Assembly (NCBI GenBank): GCA_030637655.1
Contig: DAOWGI010000090.1
Coordinates: forward strand, 1-64,000
Origin: a candidate division FCPU426 bacterium
GTDB lineage: Bacteria; Oederibacteriota; JAAXVQ01; JAUVAV01
DNA length: 64,000 nucleotides
Direction: 5' to 3'
Position numbers and translations under genes: made by a program. Under the pieces are notes generated by a model. It ran no database searches, was not told the DNA's origin, and saw only the letters and a list, made by a program, of their open reading frames with translations. Of the stretch, positions 58,404-64,000 are shown one piece after another. How positions within the stretch are numbered: position 1 is the stretch's first letter; every line of letters begins with the position of its first letter.

Positions 58404-59375
58404 TCACAGATAAGGATCATCTTTTATGAGGTAGTTTTGTACATAATCACGAATTCCGTCTTCCAGGGAATGAAATTCTCCCGGATACCCGGCTTTTTTT
58501 AATTTATTAATATTGGCTTCAGTCCGGTACTGATACCGATCACGCAATGTTTCCGGCATTTCAATGAATTCAATCCTGGCATCGCGAGCCAGGGCCGTAA
58601 ACACCGCATAGGCGAGATCCTGCCAGGTCCGGGCACACCCCGTGCCCACATTATACAATCCGTTGACCGCAGGATTGTTCACAAACCACCAGAGCACATC
58701 TACCACATCTTTCACATAAACAAAATCCCGGACTTGCTCCCCATCCTGATACTCCGGACGATACGACTTGAACAATCGTACGGATCCTTGTTCCTGAATT
58801 TGCCCAAACGCTTTGTGAATCACACTCCGCATATCCTCTTTGTGGTATTCGTTAGGGCCGTAGACATTGAAAAATTTCAGTCCCACCATGTGCTGAATAG
58901 CGCCGGATTTCAAAGCCCATATGTCCAGCAGCTGTTTGGAATAACCGTACATATTGAGCGGTTTTAAGCGCAGACTGGTTTCGTCAGCATCCGAATATCC
59001 TTGCGAGCCATCGCCATAGGTAGCGCCGGAGCTGGCATACAAAAACCGGATCTGATGGCCGCAGGCCCACTCAGCCAACAAGCGCGTGTACTGATAATTG
59101 TTGCGCATAAGATAATCCGAGTCGCGTTCTGTGGTAGCGCTACAAGCGCCCATGTGTACTAAAGCGGTAATGTTTGGCGGCAGACAGTCGGCCTTGACTT
59201 TTTCTAAAAAGTCTTGCTGATCCAGATAATTCGCAAATCGGCGATTGACCAGATTTTTCCATTTGTCACTACCATCCAGGTCATCCACCACCAAAATATC
59301 TTCAATGCCCTGGGTATTGAGCTTCCAAACAAATGCGCTGCCAATAAATCCGGCTCCGCCGGTAACAATAATCAT
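58404..59375 (-). CDS. hldD: ADP-L-glycero-D-manno-heptose 6-epimerase
   Basis: IIVTGGAGFIGS, HMGACSATTE, YGYSK, FNVYGPNEYHKEDMRS. Confidence 0.95.
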   Translation of the reverse strand: MIIVTGGAGFIGSAFVWKLNTQGIEDILVVDDLDGSDKWKNLVNRRFANYLDQQDFLEKVKADCLPPNITALVHMGACSATTERDSDYLMRNNYQYTRLLAEWACGHQIRFLYASSGATYGDGSQGYSDADETSLRLKPLNMYGYSKQLLDIWALKSGAIQHMVGLKFFNVYGPNEYHKEDMRSVIHKAFGQIQEQGSVRLFKSYRPEYQDGEQVRDFVYVKDVVDVLWWFVNNPAVNGLYNVGTGCARTWQDLAYAVFTALARDARIEFIEMPETLRDRYQYRTEANINKLKKAGYPGEFHSLEDGIRDYVQNYLIKDDPYL

Positions 59376-60472
59376 ACGTTCCTTCCTTTGCTAGACTTTC
59401 TTATGTTGTGCTCTATATTGACTTTCACCAATCGTTTTATCTGATCGCTCATGGTATGAATGGGATACACCTTATCCGCCATTCCGGCTTCTATAACGGA
59501 TTTCGGCATGCCAAAAATCACACAACTGGATTTGTCTTCTGCCAATACTATTCCGCCGTTTTTATGAATCACTGCGGCACCCTGGGTCCCATCACGCCCC
59601 ATACCGGTTAATACCACACCCAGGCAATTCCGGCGATACAATTTAGCAGTCGATTCCATGGTTACATCCGCAGCCGGTCGAACACTGTTTCTGGCCGGAC
59701 CTTGATGCAAACGAATCACTTCTTTGCCGGCGAAGCCGGCAACCACCATATGAAAATTACTGGGAGCAATGTACACATGCCCGGCCAACACTTCATCCCC
59801 GTCTTCCGCTTCTTTTACGGATAAATTACTGACACGATTCATACGTTCGGCCAGTGATTTGGTAAATCCCCGGGCCATGTGCTGGACAATTAAAACAGCC
59901 GCGGGAAAATCAGCCGGTAATTTCGGAACCACTTCGTAGAGTGCGCGCGGACCTCCGGTTGAACTGCCAATGACCACAACTTGCCGACCGGCAATCATGG
60001 TTTCCGGCAGCATCTCCACTTTTTCCAGTTTTTCGTACTCAATAAATTTCAAGCGGGAAATATCCACTTGTGCTGCCGCGCGAACTTTATTAATTAACTC
60101 TTCACCGACTTTGGTCAAATCCAGACTAATCGGACCGGATGGTTTGCAGATAAAATCCACGGCGCCATACTCCAGCGCCTTTATGGTCATCTCCGCGCCT
60201 TCTTCCGTATAGGCCGAGAGCATAACCACTGGTGTCGGACATTCACTCATAATATACCCAAGTGTGTCCAACCCGTTCAACCTGGGCATCTCGATATCCA
60301 GAGTGACAACATCCGGGTGATAATCCGTCACTTTTTGGACCGCCTCATAACCATCCCGGCCGGTGGCCACCACTTCTATGTCTTCAGCTGAATTGAGAAT
60401 ACTACTGATCGTTTTCCGCATGAAAGCAGAATCATCAATAGCGAGTACTTTTATTATCCGCTGCGTATCCAT
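59372..60472 (-). CDS. cheB: Chemotaxis methylesterase CheB
   Basis: Receiver domain plus GSSTGGP, VQHM, LTGMGRDG. Confidence 0.97.
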   Translation of the reverse strand: MDTQRIIKVLAIDDSAFMRKTISSILNSAEDIEVVATGRDGYEAVQKVTDYHPDVVTLDIEMPRLNGLDTLGYIMSECPTPVVMLSAYTEEGAEMTIKALEYGAVDFICKPSGPISLDLTKVGEELINKVRAAAQVDISRLKFIEYEKLEKVEMLPETMIAGRQVVVIGSSTGGPRALYEVVPKLPADFPAAVLIVQHMARGFTKSLAERMNRVSNLSVKEAEDGDEVLAGHVYIAPSNFHMVVAGFAGKEVIRLHQGPARNSVRPAADVTMESTAKLYRRNCLGVVLTGMGRDGTQGAAVIHKNGGIVLAEDKSSCVIFGMPKSVIEAGMADKVYPIHTMSDQIKRLVKVNIEHNIRKSSKGRNV

Positions 60473-60496
60473 GGGAAACGATGCCTGAGGGGGTAA

Positions 60497-60862
60497 CTAC
60501 TTAGCCAACGCGCGTTCCACAGCTTCGAGCACCCGTGGAGGTTGAAACGGCTTGATGACAAAATCCTTGGCCCCGGCGGCAATGGCTTCGATAACCATGG
60601 CCTGCTGTCCCATCGCACTGCACATGATGATAACCGCCTTGGGATCCACTCGTATAATATCTTTTACCGCCTCTATGCCGTTTACTTCCGGCATGATGAT
60701 ATCCATAGTGGTCAGGTCCGGTTTAAGCTTGTTATACAATTCCGCCGCTTCACGACCGTCCTTGGCCTCTCCCACGATCTCATAATTTTGTTTTTCCAAT
60801 ATTCCCTTGATCATTACCCGCATAAAAGCAGCATCATCGGCGATGAGGATTCTGGCTGGCAT
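60497..60862 (-). CDS. cheY: Chemotaxis response regulator CheY
   Basis: ADDAAFMR, MDIIMP, CSAMGQQ, KPF. Confidence 0.92.
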   Translation of the reverse strand: MPARILIADDAAFMRVMIKGILEKQNYEIVGEAKDGREAAELYNKLKPDLTTMDIIMPEVNGIEAVKDIIRVDPKAVIIMCSAMGQQAMVIEAIAAGAKDFVIKPFQPPRVLEAVERALAK

Positions 60863-61398
60863 TAGCTTTCCTCCTGAATAAGATTACTTGAATTTTCCGG
60901 GGTTTTCCCGGGCAAACTTTCCATAGACACCTGTGTAACTTGCTGTGTTTCTTGTTCTGATAATATTTTATCGAAATTCAACATAATTAAAATACGTCCC
61001 GGGAGTTTTCCAACACCCGACAAGTATTCTCCGGCAATATCCGCAACCATGGCCGGCGCCGGCTCAATACCGTCAATCGGAACCCGCACCACTTCATTTA
61101 CTTCATCAACAATCATCCCCAACACCTGGCCCTCCACTTCCACTTCCATGATTCGCTGCTTATTTTTCGGCGATGCATCTACAGGAAGATCAAACCGTCG
61201 CCGCAAGTCCAAAACCGGTATAATCCTACCACGCAAATTCACCACGCCCTCAATAAAACGCGGAGCACGAGGAACCCGCGTAATTTCCACCAAGCGTAAT
61301 ATTTCGTGCACTTGATGAATGGGCGCGCCAAATTCCTCTTCACCCAGGCGAAATACCACCAACTTAATCTCGTTTTTAATTTCCCGGTTATCCGGCAT
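60862..61398 (-). CDS. cheW: Chemotaxis coupling protein CheW
   Basis: VVFRLGEEEFG, GVVNLRGRIIPVLDLR, GMIVDEV. Confidence 0.95.
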   Translation of the reverse strand: MPDNREIKNEIKLVVFRLGEEEFGAPIHQVHEILRLVEITRVPRAPRFIEGVVNLRGRIIPVLDLRRRFDLPVDASPKNKQRIMEVEVEGQVLGMIVDEVNEVVRVPIDGIEPAPAMVADIAGEYLSGVGKLPGRILIMLNFDKILSEQETQQVTQVSMESLPGKTPENSSNLIQEES

Positions 61399-61400
61399 AA

Positions 61401-61901
61401 TTATATTTCATGCTCGCCGGACAACGCGGTTCTGATCTTCATCATGCCTGTCTCGGCGTAAAATTCCACCAAACGCCCTGAAGATCCTCCCGTGTCTTCC
61501 GCCACCAGCGGAATACCGACTTCTTTTAGTTTTTCTTTCACAGCCACAATATTGCGCTCGCCAATATTCATGCTTTCCTGATTGGACATCTTCCCACTAA
61601 ACATAAACATATTGGCACCACCGGCGAGTTTGGCTTGCAAATACGTTTTGGGAATTCCCAATTGCGGAAAACGCTCCAGCATTGCCATGATTGCCGTATC
61701 GGCAAACTTGGCAGGATTGACTTCCTGCTGAAGCCGCGTCTGTTTGGAATCCGGCAACATAATATGTGCCATAGCAGCAATTTTCGATTTAGGGTCCCAG
61801 AGTCCCAGTCCCGCGCACGATCCTAATCCAAAAGTTACCAACACATCCTGGTCACGCGCAATTTTCCAATCTGCCATTCCTACTTTAATACGTTCAGGCA
61901 T
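61401..61901 (-). CDS. cheD: Chemoreceptor glutamine deamidase CheD
   Basis: GLGSC, HIMLP, KFAD, AKLAGGA, IGERN, EDTGG. Confidence 0.95.
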   Translation of the reverse strand: MPERIKVGMADWKIARDQDVLVTFGLGSCAGLGLWDPKSKIAAMAHIMLPDSKQTRLQQEVNPAKFADTAIMAMLERFPQLGIPKTYLQAKLAGGANMFMFSGKMSNQESMNIGERNIVAVKEKLKEVGIPLVAEDTGGSSGRLVEFYAETGMMKIRTALSGEHEI

Positions 61902-62526
61902 CAACCACTCCGGAGACTTTTTTAATAGCGCTTACAATAATGTCCAGCGACCCGGCTTCCGGTATCAAAAAGAAGGTTCCGGAAATCCTTGTCTCAATTT
62001 CAGTAATCTCGGTACGTAACATCAAGGCATATTGGGTCTCAGTAGAAATCTCCACCAAAATAGTTTCCAAGATGGCAGTCATAATATCAATGGCCAAAGC
62101 CGGAACCGATGGAATCATGCGCATGTCCAAGAATTTTGCCAAAGCATTGAGATAGGCTCCGGACAGAATAGTCCCCAGCTCTTTCAAGGCTGAGAGTTTC
62201 ATTTCACTCATCAACTCACTGGAGCCTACGGTCTGACCCAAGAGCATGTCTGTCAGTTTAATTAAATTGCTATGTGGAAAGGTAACTAATATTTTCGAGG
62301 GCAGATCGCCAAAGACTTCCAGATATATGCCTGCCACGATCTCTTCTGAACCGCCAACCTGTTCAGGAACCTTTTCCACTGGAATAATCATAACCTCCGG
62401 AACAGACATATTAATGGTCCGGCCCAGCAATTGCGACAATGCCGTAGCCGCGTTACCGGCTCCAATATTTCCCAATTCACGCAATGCATCCCGGTAAAAT
62501 TCGTTGATTTGGTTCGGATCCTTCAT
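61894..62526 (-). CDS. cheC: CheY-P phosphatase CheC
   Basis: DALRELGNIGAGNAATALS, SALKELGTI, PSVP. Confidence 0.93.
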   Translation of the reverse strand: MKDPNQINEFYRDALRELGNIGAGNAATALSQLLGRTINMSVPEVMIIPVEKVPEQVGGSEEIVAGIYLEVFGDLPSKILVTFPHSNLIKLTDMLLGQTVGSSELMSEMKLSALKELGTILSGAYLNALAKFLDMRMIPSVPALAIDIMTAILETILVEISTETQYALMLRTEITEIETRISGTFFLIPEAGSLDIIVSAIKKVSGVVDA

Positions 62527-62531
62527 CGTGT

Positions 62532-62903
62532 CTACTCCTCTTCCTGTTCGACTTTTTGAATCGCTTCAACCACCCCGGTCGGCTGAAATGGTTTAATGAT
62601 AAAATCCCGCGCACCGGCTTGCATAGCTTCCACCACCAAAGCTTGCTGTCCCATGGCGCTGCAAATAATAATTTTGGCTTTGGGATCTGCTTCGATAATT
62701 TTTTTCACAGCTTCAATGCCACCCATCTCCGGCATAATCAAGTCAATTAGAGTGATATCCGGAGTTAGCTTTTGGTACGCCTCAATGGCCACCTTTCCGT
62801 TTTCCGCCTCTCCGACAATCGCATAACCATGGCTGGTCAAAATATTTCTAAGCATCATACGCATGAATGAAGCATCGTCTACAATGAGGATTTTACTCGC
62901 CAC
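62532..62903 (-). CDS. cheY: Chemotaxis response regulator CheY (second paralog)
   Basis: VDDASFMR, IDLIMP, CSAMGQQ, KPF. Confidence 0.92.
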   Translation of the reverse strand: MASKILIVDDASFMRMMLRNILTSHGYAIVGEAENGKVAIEAYQKLTPDITLIDLIMPEMGGIEAVKKIIEADPKAKIIICSAMGQQALVVEAMQAGARDFIIKPFQPTGVVEAIQKVEQEEE

Positions 62904-62950
62904 GTTTCATTTCTCCTCTCTTTATCACTAATTGGTTTCGAACTGCACCG

Positions 62951-63289
62951 CTATAAAGCAGCATCACCGTGTTCACCAGTACGAACCCGAACCGCGTCTT
63001 CCACGTGTGAAACAAATATCTTCCCGTCGCTCAAATGACCGGTTTGGGCCGTCGAGATAATTAATCGGATGATTTTCTCCACTTCGGAATCTGCCAGTAC
63101 TATTTCTAACATAATTTGGGGTTGGAATTCAACTAAGTAATTGCGACTCACTTTCCGTGTCAGTTGCGAGCGATGAATCCCAAAACCCTTTACATCAAAT
63201 ATAGTCATGCCCTGCACGCCTTCATTGAGCAAATTTTCTTTCAATATCTCCAATTTCGCGGCCGGCACAATGCATTTAATTAATTTCAT
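62951..63289 (-). CDS. P-II family signalling protein (divergent)
   Basis: 112 aa, GMT...VKGFG, TGxxxDGKIFV, RVRTGE. Confidence 0.92.
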   Translation of the reverse strand: MKLIKCIVPAAKLEILKENLLNEGVQGMTIFDVKGFGIHRSQLTRKVSRNYLVEFQPQIMLEIVLADSEVEKIIRLIISTAQTGHLSDGKIFVSHVEDAVRVRTGEHGDAAL

Positions 63290-63316
63290 CGGTCACTCCC
63301 GCCTCTCACCAGATCC

Positions 63317-64000
63317 TCACTTAATGACACGTCGATTACTGGCCCCGGGTGAATAACGGAATTGATCCAACCAATCCTGTGCGCTGCGCAAACATTCCGT
63401 AGCCCGTATAGCCGCTTCTGTATTCGGCGCCAATTGAATGAATTTATCCCAGGCCGCTATAGCCTCATCCCACCAGTTCCGCTGACCGTATATTTTTCCC
63501 AAGCGATCATGTACTTCTATGTGCTTGGGATTCAATTCCAAGGCCCGGCAATATTCCACTTCCGCTTCGTCAAACCATTCCTTCTGCAAATACACTTCTC
63601 CCAGATAATAATGCGCATCCGGATAATTCGGATTAAGCGAAACCGCGCGCAACAAGACCTCCAGCGCTTCATCGGCTTTTTCCAGTTTTTTGTAGATCAA
63701 ACCCAAATTAGTACAAGCCTCGACATAACGCGGATTAATCTTTAAGGCTTTTTGATATCCAACAACGGATTCTTCAAAACAATCCGTATTGCGATAGACG
63801 TTGGCCAGATCATAATGCGCAGCCGCATTGTTCGGATTGGCCTTAATGTCCGCTTGTAATTTATCTATAGCCTCGTTGAAGATATCCTTCTTTTTAGCCG
63901 CGGCGACCAAATTCTTTTTGGCTGTATCATAATTCGGATCAATTTCCAGGGCATGATTAAATTCTTCGATGGCTTTATCATACACACCTTTTTGATAATA
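63317..64000 (-). CDS. Tetratricopeptide repeat protein (5'-truncated by window)
   Basis: Repeated A..NLG..Y...A...ALxxNP TPR units; the frame stays open to the right edge. Confidence 0.9.
   Translation of the reverse strand, partial: YYQKGVYDKAIEEFNHALEIDPNYDTAKKNLVAAAKKKDIFNEAIDKLQADIKANPNNAAAHYDLANVYRNTDCFEESVVGYQKALKINPRYVEACTNLGLIYKKLEKADEALEVLLRAVSLNPNYPDAHYYLGEVYLQKEWFDEAEVEYCRALELNPKHIEVHDRLGKIYGQRNWWDEAIAAWDKFIQLAPNTEAAIRATECLRSAQDWLDQFRYSPGASNRRVIK

Noticed and set aside
1-64000. rRNA, tRNA, integrase or autonomous transposase (including RAYT)
   Set aside because: None recognised in this window; a mobiliser for the repeats, if it exists, is elsewhere or unrecognised.

Overview
Bacterial window from a diderm organism (TolC, LolA, AsmA, hldD) that also has RNase J and a CheC/CheD-type chemotaxis cluster; the taxon is not determinable here. 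Essentially all genes are on the minus strand. The left 25.6 kb is one giant ORF absent from the ORF track: ATG at 25585, apparently open to the left edge, at least 8528 codons. It encodes a signal peptide, a very long YD/Rhs-like repeat body, a hydrophobic translocation-like region, a PT-TG-like pre-toxin segment and an Ntox10-like toxin domain. The frame does not stop after the toxin. It reads through a nested, out-of-frame 93-aa immunity-like gene with its own RBS and then enters a second copy of the pre-toxin repeat, suggesting an in-frame tandem toxin array with internal immunity genes. The giant gene also carries 19 REP-like GTAG palindromes, all in one codon phase. Upstream is a TolC/MFP/2xRND operon with a GxxExxY gene and repeats at its junctions; it shares an ECF-like promoter motif with the giant gene. 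Next is a small accessory island (Fic, broken MNT-HEPN, RNA ligase-like gene), then housekeeping genes (yajQ, rodZ, lolA-like, ftsK, rnj, M16 peptidase, pgm, sugar-phosphate nucleotidyltransferase fusion, AsmA, recA, hldD), a che cluster, a divergent P-II and a TPR protein. All family assignments come from motif recognition by eye, not database searches.
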